Assembly: GCA_035084275.1 (NCBI GenBank)
Contig: CM068743.1
Span: 130,696,001 to 130,760,000 of the forward strand
DNA length: 64,000 nucleotides
From: Hydrolagus colliei
Lineage: Eukaryota
Direction: 5' to 3'
The notes under the pieces were generated by a model that had not been told where the DNA came from, searched no databases, and was given only the letters and a program-made list of their open reading frames with translations. Shown one piece after another: positions 25,009 to 38,800 of the stretch (position 1 is its first letter; each line of letters starts with the position of its first letter). Position numbers and translations under genes: made by a program.

Positions 25009-28000
25009 CCGCTTAATGAACATCCACAGACTTAATGTCATCCACAGACTAAGAAATATTCCACTCTATTCCTGCATCGGGGTCATTGTTAAGGGTGAAA
25101 AGCTGGGGGCCCAGCACCACTTCTGGGGAACATTACTTGTCACTGTTCACCAATCAGAAAACAAACCTTTTTTTTTAACAAACTCGCTGCCTTCTATCTC
25201 TCAACTAATTATCTCTTTGTGTCACGATATTACCTTGACCTCCATGTGCCTTAATTTTAGCTGATCATTTTTTATGTGTCACTTTAATGCTTCCTGAAAA
25301 TCCATATCAATGGCATCAATTGATTTTCTCCCTTTATCATCACCGTGGTTCCGTCAAAGAATCCTGTTACATTTGTGAAATATGATTTACCCTTCAAAAT
25401 CCATATTGCCTCCAATGTGCATATTTATCTAAATGCTCTGTTATGTCCCTGGTGATAGATACCAGTAATTGTGCCTACCATTTGTGTTAAACTCACAGCC
25501 CTACAGTTGCTTACTTTGTCTCATCTTTCCTTGAGTTTTGGCATTAACATTTTCTGCCCTCCAATCCTCTAATAATTCCCGAAGCTATTGAACTTTGAAA
25601 AATCTGAATTCAAAACCTCTACAATTTCTTCCATTATTTGTGTTGGTACATGGGTTCTGGAGATTTGACTCACTTCAGATCTATTATTATACTGTTTAAA
25701 ATTAGACCTTTAATTTCCTCTCCTTCGTGCAGTCCTATACCTTAGTGGTTGGAGTCCTATACCTTAGTGGTTAGAGCACTTACCTCGCAAGTGAGAGGAC
25801 CTGGGCTGATACTCCGGTGTAGTGTTGTGGGGAGATGGAGCTTGTTTCTCTGGAGGGGCTGTCCTCTGATGTGGAACCAATGTTTTATTCAGGTGGTTAT
25901 AAAAGATCCCATGCCACTATTTGGAAGAGAATGGAGTTTTTCTATTCTGGCCAACAATCCTCTAAATTAAATTAGTTATTCTCTTTGTGACTGTTTATTG
26001 GGCAAATGATTTTTGCATAATCCTCTTTTCTCCCTTTCAAACCTGATATTGAATTCCATCTTAATGTCACTATTCTTAAGATGATCCCTTACCATCGGGT
26101 TGGTAGATATTTCTGTCTCATTACTCATAACCGAGTTTAGTATGGCATGGTTCCTTAGCCAGAGAGCGTACGAGAACTGTTCTGCTTGATGATTCAAGCG
26201 TTAATCTTTAACATCAATGTAAGACTTCAATAAAGATGAGAGATTAATTCAGTTGTAAGAATTATCTTTTATTTTGTTTTAAAAGTAATTTTTCCATTCC
26301 ATGGCTTAGAGTGTAAATGAATTATCCTTGAGTTGAATTCCTGATATAATAACTTAGCTATTCTTGGTTGAATTTGCGCAAGATAAATGCATGTTGTTGA
26401 TGTGAATCTCAAATATGAAGTCCATATTCTGGTAAGATTTAGAGTACAATAATCCTTGCCTTATCGCTTCACAGAAATGTCTTGAAGTCCTTCACAGAAA
26501 TTACTTTAGAGTGTAGTCATTGTATTTATAGGCAAGTTATTCAGTTCCCAAATTATGCTCATTCATCAAACTTTTTCGATTTAGTTTTTCTCTCTAGTTT
26601 GCTTCATCCCTTCACATATTCAACATTCTTTCCTCCCTTCACTAATTAACTTTCAATCTCTCATCTTTAACATCAATGCAAGGCTTCTCTCTTCCCTCCT
26701 TTTCTTTAGATCACTTTTAGTCATCTCTCCTCTTCTAATACTATATATGAATGTGTTTCACAAACCAATTTAATTGCACAGTGCTCTGCCCCTTTCAAAA
26801 TCTCAGTTTCTGTTGTTTCATTATTTCAATTAACTATTTTCAAATTTGGTGTGTAATGTAAAATTATTCCTTCAAAATGTCTTTGTTCATATTTGTGTGG
26901 GGGGGGCTGTGTTAATTATTTTGCTTTAAATGTTTCAGCTGCACTTTATGTTTAATTTTTTTGAATTTAATATAAATCTAAATTAAATCTAAACAAGTAA
27001 TCTGAGTTTAAATGTGTCTCAAGTCTTCACATTGTTTTCAATAGAATTCCAACCAGTATAGAAAGTTTTAGTATCTTCACATTATCTTTTTCATAAGTTA
27101 CCACAATAGCTGTAATGCAATACCGGATAGGATGGTAGAAGTTCAAGAAATTGCTCAATTCAGTGATGGGATGATTGCAGGGTTGGTATTCTGAAATGTT
27201 GAGATCTAATTTAGCTTGACTCAATTGGTAACAACAAGAATAATTTGCATTTATATAGCGCCCTCCACGCCGGGTGGTGTCTTCAGAGCGCTTCACAGTG
27301 GCGAAGGTTGAGCTAGAGGGAGGGGGAAGGTAACCATCAGCGCGGCCAAAGAGAAAGGTCTTCGGGCATGACCTGAAGATGGGAAAGGACTTGCCTCTGA
27401 GTCAGAAGGTTGTGGGTTCAAGTCTTACATTTGGACTTTGAACTCATACTCTGGGTTGAAATTCCAGTGAGTATTCAGGGTGTGCTGAGTTGTTGGAGGC
27501 ATGAAACATTTTACTAAGATCTCATCTGCATGTTCAGCTAGACATTAAAGATCCCATTGAACAATTATGAAGGTTTCTCATGAGGGATGAGGGTTTCTCT
27601 CGGTGTACTGTCTGATAATCCCTTTGCTTTTTTGCTACCTGATAGATGAATGGCTCTATTCTCTATTTTTTCACTGCTCAACACATCTGAGATAAGAAAA
27701 GCATTCAAAGTTCTGCAGTATGATTTTTTTCATTTGAAATTGCCCAATTTGTTGGTAATTAAATCTATAAATGCTCTTCGACTGTGCCTTTGGTCACCTT
27801 TCTACCCCTGCCCCTGGCTCGGTCCTGCTATTGTGAAGCGCTCTGAGACGCCGTCCGGCATAGAGGGCGCTATAAAAATCTAAGTTATTGTTGTTGTTGT
27901 AGATGTTCTGAGCTAACATTCTATAGTATAAATTGTCATTTGCACATTAAATGACCAGTGAGATAGATCCCAGTCTAAATCAGCCTTTCATTGTGAGAAA

Positions 28001-28520
28001 GAAAGAAAGTGCTCTTCAGAACTCAAAACATGGCAGAAAGGACTGTTCAAGCAAAACCTCTCAATTCCAAAACTGTTTATTTTACTTCTATCAACTAATA
28101 ACATTGTGCCTGTGCTGGCAAATTCTTTTTTCCACTCTGTTTGCTAACTATCTTAAATTATTGCTCTCTGTACACTAATTCATCAGTGAAAATATTTTTC
28201 TCCATTGACTCTATTCAAATCACCTCATAAATGATGGTTACCATTTATGCACTTAATCTTGTATGTGCCACTGTTTTGAAATTAATATAGTGATGTTTGA
28301 GAGTTAAAGATGCGTTAATAATAACATTTTGGCAAAGTCGGAGGGAGTGCTGTAGTTTTTGCTAGGCCTAATGTAACAAGATGCTTGAAAGTACACAAAG
28401 TGTCCTTCCCTCCATGGCAGCATAGCTTGAACTTCTGTGTGAAGTTGTAGCTCATCCCTTGTGTGAAAGTATGGTTTGCAATTGAGTGCTCACTATGGCT
28501 GTTTATTGTTCCCCTATTAG

Positions 28521-28691
28521 GAGTACAGTGGTCTGTCCAATAATTGATGTGATTAGTGATGATACTTTTGAGTACATGGCGGGATCAGATATGACCTATG
28601 GAGGATTTAATTGGAAGTTGAACTTCCGCTGGTATCCTGTACCTCAGAGAGAGATGGACAGAAGGAAAGGAGATAGGACTATTCCTGTTAG
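28521..28691 (+). CDS. GALNT1: GALNT1 coding exon (171 bp)
   Basis: tattag|G ... TTAG|gtaagt; [57 protein letters not shown]. Confidence 0.97.
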
Positions 28692-29822
28692 GTAAGTAGC
28701 TGGCAAAATTTAACAGAATGCCATGGGCTTTGGGATTCTTGTTAAATAATTCCAAATTACTGTTACAATGCATCAAAAGTGATATTTTTAAATATTATGT
28801 TTGGATTTCCTCTTTATAATCAGAAATATGATCATTTTATAAGTTAATTTACTTCCGTGCGTAATAAGGATAAAGCAGAAATGAATAAACTGACAAATTA
28901 TCATATGTACCAGTCATGCAGCGAATAATCTTGTATGTAAAGATAATTAAGGCCATATTTGTTTTTTAAAAATCTACAATAATAATTGATAATAGTAACC
29001 CTTGCACTTTGTGTGACATCTTTCATGTCAGGAGGACATCTCAAAGTACTTCACAGTGATGTGATGTGTATTTGTAGGTAAACCCAGTAAGTTATTTGCA
29101 AACAGCAATGTCCCACAAACAGCCATGAAGTGAATGACTGATATTACAAGAACAACAACAACTTGGATTTACATAGCACCCTCCACGCCAGAAGGCATCT
29201 CAGAGCGCTTCACAATAGCTGAGCCGGAGCCAGGGGGAGAGGGAAGGATGACCATAGGCACAGTTGTACAGAAAGGTCTTCAGGGGTGACCTGAAAATGA
29301 AAAAGGAGGGGGTGAAGCAGAGGTATTGAGAGAGGGAGTTCCAGAGTTTCGGGGTGTAGTGACTGAAAGTATGGCCACCGATGTTGGGGGGGACAAGGAG
29401 GAGGGCCAGACCCAGTAGAGCAGAGGGTACTGCTGTGAGGAGAGAGGAGGTTAGAGAGGTAGGGGGGTTGCAAACGAATGGAGGGATTTAAACACATTTG
29501 GGGGAATGTTGGACAATGCACCGGGTGAAATTCCCTTTTCTTCAAGTGAAGAAGTTAAGTGTTATATCAAATGCAAGTATTATTATGATGTAAATATTCA
29601 GCGTACAAGCAACATTCAGACACACAACATTTTTATAGAATTGCAATAGAATGTTCTGTATAATCTTCCAGCACCGTTTAGGACCCTTAAGTCACAGGAG
29701 ATTTTTGAAAAATAAAGTGTATTTGTTTTTCTTTCTTCATAATTATTGGCATGCCACTGGGTATGCCAATACAGGCGAAAGCAAGTCAACAGTTAATTAA
29801 ATTCGACAAACTCACTATTTGT

Positions 29823-30131
29823 GGAGTCCTGTAGTTTAGTGGTTAGGGCACTTGCCTTACAAGCGAGAGACCTGGGTTCAATTTCAGGCAGGGTGAAATC
29901 TTGGGCAAGTTTCCTTACTCCACATGCCTAATAATAATCCCTCAAGAAAAATAATAAATTGGGCATTTCAATTCACGAGTGTTCAATTCACAATTGCTGT
30001 GTGCAATTGGCTGCAGCGTTTCACCCACAATTATACAGTCAATTCACTTTACAGTACATTCTGTGATGTGCTTTGAGACATCTAGAAGACGTGGAAAGAG
30101 CTATATCAAATGCAATAGATTATTATTATTT
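29823..30131 (+). mobile_element. tRNA-derived SINE (tRNA-Val-like head, L2-type tail, (TAT)n end)
   Basis: A box TAGTTTAGTGG, anticodon-like CTTACAA, B box GGTTCAATT; other copies at ~1030-1178(-), 17577-17880(-), 39568-39859(-), 45015-45310(+), 56139-56312(+) and 62883-63230(-). Confidence 0.8.
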
Positions 30132-30229
30132 TATGTACAGAATAGAAACAGACTTAAGTAATTTTGGTGAATAATATTGTTGTCTTTATTTGAATATACT
30201 TTTTTTTAATGCATCTTCTCTTAAATTAG

Positions 30230-30347
30230 GACTCCCACAATGGCAGGAGGATTGTTCTCAATAGACAGAGATTACTTTGAATTGATAGGAACATATGATG
30301 CAGGCATGGATATATGGGGAGGAGAAAACCTAGAAATGTCATTCAGA
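30230..30347 (+). CDS. GALNT1: GALNT1 coding exon (118 bp), Gal/GalNAc-T motif WGGEN
   Basis: aattag|G ... AGA|gtaagt; [39 protein letters not shown]. Confidence 0.97.
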
Positions 30348-31084
30348 GTAAGTATTGAATGTTTCTTTGGACCACGATCAATCTTATTCAATAAATACAA
30401 AAGATGTAACATTTATGTTGGCGTTTCACAGGATATTTTCTCAATATTGGAAGCTTGCAAGATTAATTTCACATGAAATTTTTTTTTAATTGATTTGCAA
30501 ATAATCCAAAATCATTGAATATTGATATTTGCTGATTTCCAACAAATTTAACTCAAAAGGAGGCAGTATAATCTAATCTAAACAAGCTATCTATCTATCA
30601 CATCTATTTTACTTAAGGTGCTGAATGGGATATGACATGCTCTGAATATTACATGTAAAGCCTCCTTGGACATATTTTCCCTCATGTTATCAATTGGAAA
30701 TTCTATTTTACAAAAGAAAACAAATCTTGAAAAACATCAGGAAATTACATCATCACATTCCTGCTCTCCATTACATATACAGTATAAAGCCTGATTTGGG
30801 GGTCTTATTTTTATTCTTTTTCTCCTCTTTAACATTTTGTTTCTGTTCAACATACATTCACTTTACAGTATATTCTGTGAAGTGCGTTGAGATGTCCAGA
30901 TGACGTGAAAAGCGCTATATCAAATGCAAGGATTATTATTGTTGTTATTTCTTATTGTCTATTTAGCTGTAAAATAATAAAATAACAACAAAATTACATT
31001 TATACAACAACAGCAAAATTACACTTGTATAGCGCCTTTCACTTCCTATGGAGGACGTCCCAAAGTGCTTACTTGCTACTTAAC

Positions 31085-32525
31085 TGGACTGAACCTCCCG
31101 TTTTTATCCAAGGTCCTTGAAAGAGTGGTTGCCTCCCAGCTCCGCTCTTTCCTTTCAACTCACTCACTCCTTGAACCCCTCCAATCAGGTTTCCGCCCTA
31201 TCCACAGCACAGAAACTGCCCTGGTTAAGGTTACAAATGATATCCTAACCGCCTGTGACCAGGGCTCCCTTTGCCTCCTCGTCCTCCTTGACCTGTCTGC
31301 TGCGTTCGACACAGTCGATCACACCATCCTCCTCCAATGTCTTTCCTCCCACCTCAACCTTCAAGGCACAGTCCTTGACTGGTTCCATTCCTACTTGACC
31401 CACCGTTTACACTTTGTATCTTCCAATGGTTTTTCCTAAACCCCCGCACAGTTTCTCACGGCGTCCCTCAGGGCTCTGTCCTCGGCCCCCTCCTTTTCAC
31501 CATTTATACGCTCCCTCTGGGCGATGTCATCCGCAAACATGGGGTAAATTTCCACATGTATGCGGACGACACCCAGCTGTACCTTTCTGCCTCATCCCTC
31601 AACCCCAGACCATCGATGTTCTGACAGCATGTCTGTCTGACATCGAGTCCTGGACGAGGGAAAATTTCCTGCAATTGAACGTGAGTAAGACCGAGGCCCT
31701 CCTGATCGGCTCAAACCAGCGCCTCCGCACATCGGGCACTGCCAGCCTCAACATCCAAGGCTGTACTCTCCACCTCACAAAGCCAATCAGGAACCTCGGC
31801 ATCACGTTCGACCATAAACTCTCCTTCCTCCCCCACATCCGTGCCTTGACCGGCACCGCTTACTTCCACCTGCGAAACATTGCCAGGCTCCGCAACTATC
31901 TTACCCCCCACGCTGCCGAAACACTCATGCACGCGTACATCACCTCAAGGCTGGACTACGGAAACTCTCTCCTCGTCGGCCTCCCCAGTTCCTCCATTCA
32001 CAGGTTGCAGGTCATCCAAAACTCTGCAGCCCGTGTATTATCCCGCACCCGCCTCCGCGACCATATAACCCCCACCCTCGCCCGTCTCCACTGGCTCCTC
32101 ATCCTCCAGAGGATCGAGTTCAAGATCCTCGTCCTCACCTTCAAGGCCTTACACGGCCTTGCCCCGCCCTATTTAACCAATTTACTCTCCCCCTACAAGC
32201 CCACCCGGACCCTCCGTTCAGCAGGTCTTGGCCTGCTCCAAGCCCCTCGCCTGAACCGCCCCAACATCGGAGGCCGGGCCTTCAGTTTTTCTGCTCCGTC
32301 TTTATGGAATTCCAAACCCCAATCCCTCCGTCTCGTTTCTTCCCTTTCCTCTTTCAAGGCCGGTTTGAAGACTTTCCGCTTCGACCGTGCCTTTTGTTCC
32401 ACCCCGAATTTTTCGACCTCCCCTACGTGTTTCACCCCTCCCCGTACACTCCCCTCCCAGCTCGGGTCACATGCCTCCTGTGCAGCGCCTTGGGACGTCC
32501 CAAAGTGTAATTTGTTGTTGTTGTT
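31085..32525 (+). mobile_element. L2-clade LINE, 5'-truncated, frameshifted RT
   Basis: [42 protein letters not shown] and SRLDYGNSLL motifs over two frameshifts; (TTG)n tail. Confidence 0.93.
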
Positions 32526-33395
32526 GAATCTGCAGCATCACTTTGGATATCAAGCCAGCAGAGCATATCTCTCTTGGTTTGTTTCCAGTCAATTCAGCCT
32601 TGCAACCAGGCTATGATTTAAAATCTGTGTTGGATATCCTGGACTCATACCAGTGAATTAGTTACACATCTGTCTCCACGGGAATGCTGGTAATCTGTAG
32701 CAGGTTAATAAGCAGCTGAAAGAAAAATTAGTTTACATTTTTGGGTTTGCCCTTCATTTAAAAGATATCCAAGTTGCATCTGTTTTGCTGGTTTCCAGTG
32801 ATAGATTATTTTTACCAAGTGTGAATTCCCCTTGTTGCTCAGAAGAAGTGCTTGGTATGATTGGTTCATTTGCTGGAAGGTGTTATGAGCTGCATGGATG
32901 TCAAAGCCTGCTTCCTCGAGGTGTAGAGAGACCTCCAATATCCATTTGGGCATAAAAACAGTTCTTCACTCACAGATCAGATAGGGAATTAAGCAGGGAA
33001 CATTCATAGGTCCACCTAGAATGATGCATATGCTGTTCCATGTACACTCAGAGAAAAAACATTTGGGTCCTTTGAGACCCAGATGATTTTTCCAGCATTT
33101 TTCAAACTGACTGACTTTAGTTTAATATTTACTATTGTGTGACTAGCCATATACACTGTTGTGATAAGGCCATGTGTAAAATAATACAATTAATTTATAT
33201 CTATGCTTTTGCAGGGAAATTAAGGATTAATATTATAAAATGTTAAACTGGCTGTAACATTATGTATTTGAGCAGTAAACCCATATTCTGTTATCTGTAC
33301 TGTTTAAATACAGAAGTGGGTGTTGTAGAAGAAGCAGTCAGCAGCGATGTGGTTGTGATGTGATCTATTATAATTTTATTTAATATCTTTTCTAG

Positions 33396-33576
33396 ATTTG
33401 GCAGTGTGGCGGGTCTTTGGAAATCGTGACCTGCTCACATGTTGGTCACGTGTTTCGAAAGGCCACACCGTACACTTTCCCAGGAGGAACCGGGCAGATA
33501 ATAAATAAGAATAACAGGAGGCTTGCTGAAGTCTGGATGGATGAATTCAAAAACTTTTTTTATATAATATCACCTG
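33396..33576 (+). CDS. GALNT1: GALNT1 coding exon (181 bp); not in the ORF track
   Basis: ttctag|ATT ... CCTG|gtaagt; [60 protein letters not shown]. Confidence 0.97.
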
Positions 33577-34169
33577 GTAAGTACCATTAGTCTTACTGTA
33601 TATAAATTCAGTTGCTTTCTCAATGCTGTTTGGTACTATATTTCTGAGTTTCATCTTTTTGGGCATCATTCTGGATGCTGCATCTTCCATGTCACTGCAG
33701 CTGATTCCATCCTTGCATTGTACCCTGGGCTAGATTGTGGAGAGAGCAAAAGCCCTTCACAACTTTTTCATTTTGCAGAACCAGAATTAATGTGCTCTGG
33801 ACAGGTCAAACATGGGGGTGACTATCTAGATCACGGTGATCCAACTGTGGTCGCAGCCTGTCCGCAAACCATTCTCAACTTCATTGTTCACTAACCAAAT
33901 ACAATACATATGCAGGCCCAAGCCAATCAGGAAATGGTCACTGGGGCTCAGGCTTTGCCTGACAATCAGGATAGTCAATCAGGATAAAATATTGCTTACA
34001 TTTCTCAAATCTAGTTTCGGTCCTCAGCAGCCAAATGTGTGGACCACCCTGATCCAGATCATCAATCAGCTTGACTTATGAACTGTGTGAATGACTTCCT
34101 GAGACTCCACTTGATTCTGGTGCTGGCCAGACAATGTGATACTTGTCTAGTAGGTTGACAAACAGAACA

Positions 34170-34740
34170 TGACCCGAAGGCGCAGTCAAAGAGGAAGGTC
34201 TTGAGACCGGCCTTGAAGGAGGAAAGGGAGGAAGCAATGTGGAGGGGCTGCGGGATGGTTCCACAGTGAGGGAGCAGAGAGCCAGTGGAGATGGGCGAGG
34301 GTGGGAGTGATGTGGTCGCGAAGCCTAGTGAGGGAGAGGACACGAGCTGCAGAGTTCTGAATCATCTGCAGCCTGTGAAGGGAGGAGCTGGGGAGGCCGA
34401 CGAGGAGAGAGTTCCTGTGGTTGAGCCTGGAAGTGATAAAGGTCTGGATGAGAGATAAAGGAGTGGATGAGAGGTGCTGACTCACTGACCAGAGGAAATA
34501 ATTTCTCCCTATTGGTGCTATTGAAACCCCTCATAATTCTAATGGCTGCAAATCAAGTCACCCCTCAACCTTTCGTTCCCGTGATTGAAGTCCCAGGTCT
34601 TCCAGACCCTGCTCATAGGCCAAAGCACTCATTCACCACCCCTCCCAACCACAACATCAAGGTAGTAAATCTCTTTGAAACCCATCTATCGCCTTGATAT
34701 ATTTCCTAAAGTGAGATGGCCAATACTGAACGCAGCTAAC
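34170..34740 (-). mobile_element. L2 fragment (34170-34478) abutting a CR1 fragment (34478-34740)
   Basis: TSRLNHRNSLLVGLP..QNSAARVL (L2); NREKLFPLVSES (CR1). Confidence 0.75.
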
Positions 34741-35617
34741 TAGCAGTTTGTATATGTTTAGCATCTGCATGATCTTGTTAACCTTCATCTGAACTGCAGT
34801 TCCATTCATGTTCATTTTGCAGCAACCTCAGCATTTTATGACAGTCTTGGTTCACGTTCATTAGGAGGACATCCACTTGTCTCCTTTTATGAAAATATTC
34901 TGGAGATAATTTAACCCTGAGAGACCACGTCTCAAACTAAATTAGGATTTTCATTTAATCCTGCCTAGATTGATGCATGCACTTTCCAATCTTTCCTTTG
35001 AATTGAAGTACTTGTCATGGAAGATTGCACTTTTAGTTGCTTTAGTTTCAGCTCCACTGGATAGAGATGCATGCACTGGTCAGCCTGATCTGTGATTCTG
35101 ACTGAGCAGTCTTACACGGACCGCAGTTTCCTGCCGCACACAGTTAAAACAAGAAATTACCGTCCTTCTAAAAACAAACACTTGGAATATCCAACAGACC
35201 AATGCACATCTGACAACTGAGTTAATGAGTTTCTTTTTCAGGTGCTGATTGATCTGTTGTGGATTACTAGTGTTTGTGTTCATATTTCACATTTCCAGTT
35301 TCTGAAATGTTTCCAGTAGTCATCCCATCCTTTTTCTTTAAATCCGAGCAGGATTTTCATTTCCACTGTGTGCAATTGCTTGTCGAACTTTAGTCTCCTT
35401 GACAGACCAACTAAATCTCTCCTGACAAACTGAGCAATTGGTTGTCACTTTTGATCACAAGGTTATAGATAAATTGGTGTCCACATTGGATAAATAAGTA
35501 GTGAAATGTATGCTTCGTGGTTGCTATCTTTCTAGCAGAAGAAACCAGTGGTTCCACTAAAAGTTTATTTAATTGGTCCAATGGCCTAAGGATAATATTG
35601 GCAAATCCCAATATTAA

Positions 35618-35866
35618 GTAAAAATGCAAAATACTGCAGATGCTGGAAATCTGAAACAAAAACAGAAATCACTGGGAACACTCAGCAAGTCAGGCAGCAT
35701 CTATGGAGAAAGGAAAGTGGGTCAATGTTTCAGGTCCAGCACCTTCATCAGAACTTTTTAGATGGATGGTAATTTCTTGTCCTTTTGAGTTCTGACAAAG
35801 GGTCGTGGATCCGAAACGTTGACTAACTTTCCTTTCTCCATTGACGCTGCCTGAATTGCTGAGTAT
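35618..35866. mobile_element. Penelope-like element terminal repeats in inverted arrangement, with hammerhead-like cores
   Basis: Arms ~35680-35755 and ~35789-35866 are reverse complements; CTGATGA-stem-GAAAC motif; flanking 12-bp direct repeat TCCCAATATTAA. Confidence 0.7.
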
Positions 35867-38800
35867 TCCCAATATTAAATAATCTGCAAAACCACTACTG
35901 TTTGGATATGATGGGTATGGATGTTGCAACCTCGGTAGATTTGTTCTGGTGGATGCTGCCTCGGATCTTCCACAAGCACCGTCTCCCATGATTATTAGAT
36001 TAGTCCCCAGCAGCTAATGATGAACATTACCTTTGGACTTGGCTTTATTGTATGAATGCAGTCCTTTCCTCAGGGCTGTGGGATTGCCTACAACATGGGT
36101 TAATACGCATTGGTCAAAATGAACTTCACTGCAAAGTAAACACAGACCTTTATACTGTTTGAGAACAACGTCCCAAAAGATTTACAACGTACAGCACGAA
36201 AACAGACCACTCAGTCCAACCAGGTGCCTGTGGTTATAATCCATTGGGAGATGCCGATCTCTACTTGGCTGAAAGCAGTTCAAATTTGGATCTAAGTGAA
36301 GTGGGTGATCCTGTTTCCTCTGCTATTGCAAGTGTTTCAATGGTGTGTGCACAAAGTTATGTAACAAGGTATACTGGCAGAAATGAGTATGTGTTGATTT
36401 CAGTGGGGTTGTGGTGGGGGGCAAAGATTACTATTCTCTTTTGAGCTGAAACAACGAACAAATTTAAAAAAAGTAGTCCAAAAGTTTTTTGTTTGAAGAC
36501 TATTAATCGCCTCACCAACCACAATTAAGAGCTGTAAAACTGTTATCAAACTATTATCACTGTCGCTTTTATACTGTTAGTGGTTTCACCTTACCCCCAA
36601 GTAGATTTGGAACTGTAAACCTGATATGTAATTAGCAGCTCCAGATCACTTGTGTAGGGAACTTGCATGGAGCTTTGTGAATTGGAATTGAATATCTTGT
36701 GAGCTAACAGTATTCTTTTCTTACCTTGCATTCACTTTAATACTTCCTGGAGGTGTTAAGCACTGAGGGACGCTACCATGCGTGCGTGAAGGGGGGCTGT
36801 ATGAATGCAAGTTGTTGTACCGAAAAACGATCAGGATGATTTGTGTTACTTTCTATTTAATTTCTAGCCCAGCGTCAATGAGGCTAATTCCAATTCATAT
36901 ATCCAAAGATTGGTTTGGATGAAGAAAGCTCTCAGAGCCCACTTGATCATCCTTCCAGACTACCCACCCTATTTTTCTCCCATCACAGCATCAAACTGTT
37001 TTTAAATGAGTTCAGTGTCAGGCCTCATCCACCCACAGGTTACCCTTCTTGGTAACGTGTTCCAGTCATTATTTATCCTCTTAAGAAAAACCTTGCGGTG
37101 TCTGAAATTGCCGTTTGCAACTCTAAACCTATTGTATTTTGTTCTGCTGTTTTGGGGCATCCCAAAGTATTTTTTTATATGTTTACTTTTTCAATGCGTT
37201 TAAAAATGTTGGCACCTCTATAAGGTCCCCTCTGAGATGTCTTAAGATTCAGGTGCTAGCCATTCAGCATACTGGTTCAATCAGTTTATTAGCTTGTAAC
37301 AGATCTGTTAATTCTATTTTGTTACCTTTTCTCTTTTCATACATCTTCTCTTTTCTTAAACATCCCATTTGACCCCATCAATTCAAGGGATTTATAGTCT
37401 AGGTTGCACTTAACAAGAGTGGGGCATTATCAGAGATTGAACCAAGATCTCATCTGCTGATTTAAGATGAACTTTGCTTTGATTCTTCTAGATCTGAACT
37501 ACTCAGAAAAGTCATTATGAAAAGTAATGTTGGACCATCTCTTATCTTAGAGAAATACATTTGCACTTACAGTCAATAAGCATGTTTAAAACCTATTGCA
37601 ATATTATTATTCTCCTTTGTCAGATGCCCTTTGTATGCAGCTAATTACTGGAGAGCCACTGAGCCATTTAGCTCAGCTAGCACTGTGATCTTACTCCAAT
37701 TAATTCCCTATTAATTCCATAGATCAATTGATGCTGTCCTCTTTTATACCTCTTAATACATTTCTCCATACAACAACAACAAAATTACATTGATAGAGCG
37801 CCTTTCATGTCGGGAGGACGTCTAAAATACTATCCTACTGTACTCTATCCTACTGTACTTTCACATTCAACTTGGAAGCTAAATTGTCCTCCACTCCGCC
37901 ATCCTGAGGAGTTAAAGGCGAATTGTAATACTTCACTGGCTGTGTTGACTGATAATGTGATACGGTGCTATATCAAATGCAAGGATTGTTGTTGACATGT
38001 ATGAGGAACTTTTACACGTGAATTTCTTCCTCAGTTTTCAGAAATGAACATGTTTTGCTGCATGTTTTGTTAGTGATGATAGATTGAACTCACTATCTGA
38101 TGTTATCTATTTTTTGACATAATGACTGGTGGTGTGAGGTGAGATGCAGTGTTCTGCATTGGGTTTTTGTATTGGGTGCTGCGCTTGAGGGTGTTGACAT
38201 ACCTGAGGCTGAACAGGCCTGGTAACTCAGTTGTTCAAATTTAGCAGATTCACAGCTTCTACTATGGAGACCTGAATGTGCAGCACAAGAAATTGCACCG
38301 TACCAATTAAACACTTGGGGATATTTCAATTAAAGAAATGTTGGAAATGCAATGTTGGATAGATATATCTCTATCCGATGGATATGTTTTATTTAGTTAT
38401 TTTTAGACCTTTGTTTGCATGGGATTATGCCAACTCTGTAATCTGTTTCCAATAACTAAGTTGTTCATAAAACAGATGTCCTGATCTATTTTGGCTAACA
38501 TTTATGTTTAAGGCGATTGCAAAGGTAGCCAACCATTGTTTAGTAAAGTAAAATATATTTTAAGATTGGTTGCATATGTTCAGTTTTAACAACATGGCAA
38601 ATTCATAGAAAGTTAACCACACAGAAGCAAGCCATATGGCTTGTTGTCTGTGTTGTTGTTCCTTCCCTCCCCAAACTCGAGCCAATTCCTGTTAAGCCAA
38701 TGCTGTTCTCGGCTTAAACTGCCATTTATTTGTTGCTTTATCATCTATTTTGGGTAAGGCATTTCATGTTCTAACATTCCTCATTAGTGGTAGATTGCAG

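Larger units (their letters stand above)
21470..25650 (-). mobile_element. Old degenerate CR1 LINE, split by the 21972-25016 transposon cluster
   Basis: Minus strand of ~25035-25145 reads VPQ..VLGPQLF...VDD(I/T)K; ~21850-21960 continues with RDLDRFVEW..MKLN-like RT sequence. Confidence 0.6.

Noticed and set aside
29823-29895. tRNA-Val gene (also ~56139-56210 and ~17810-17880)
   Set aside because: Degenerate cloverleaf fused to a repeated body and LINE-like tail in many copies, so these are SINE heads
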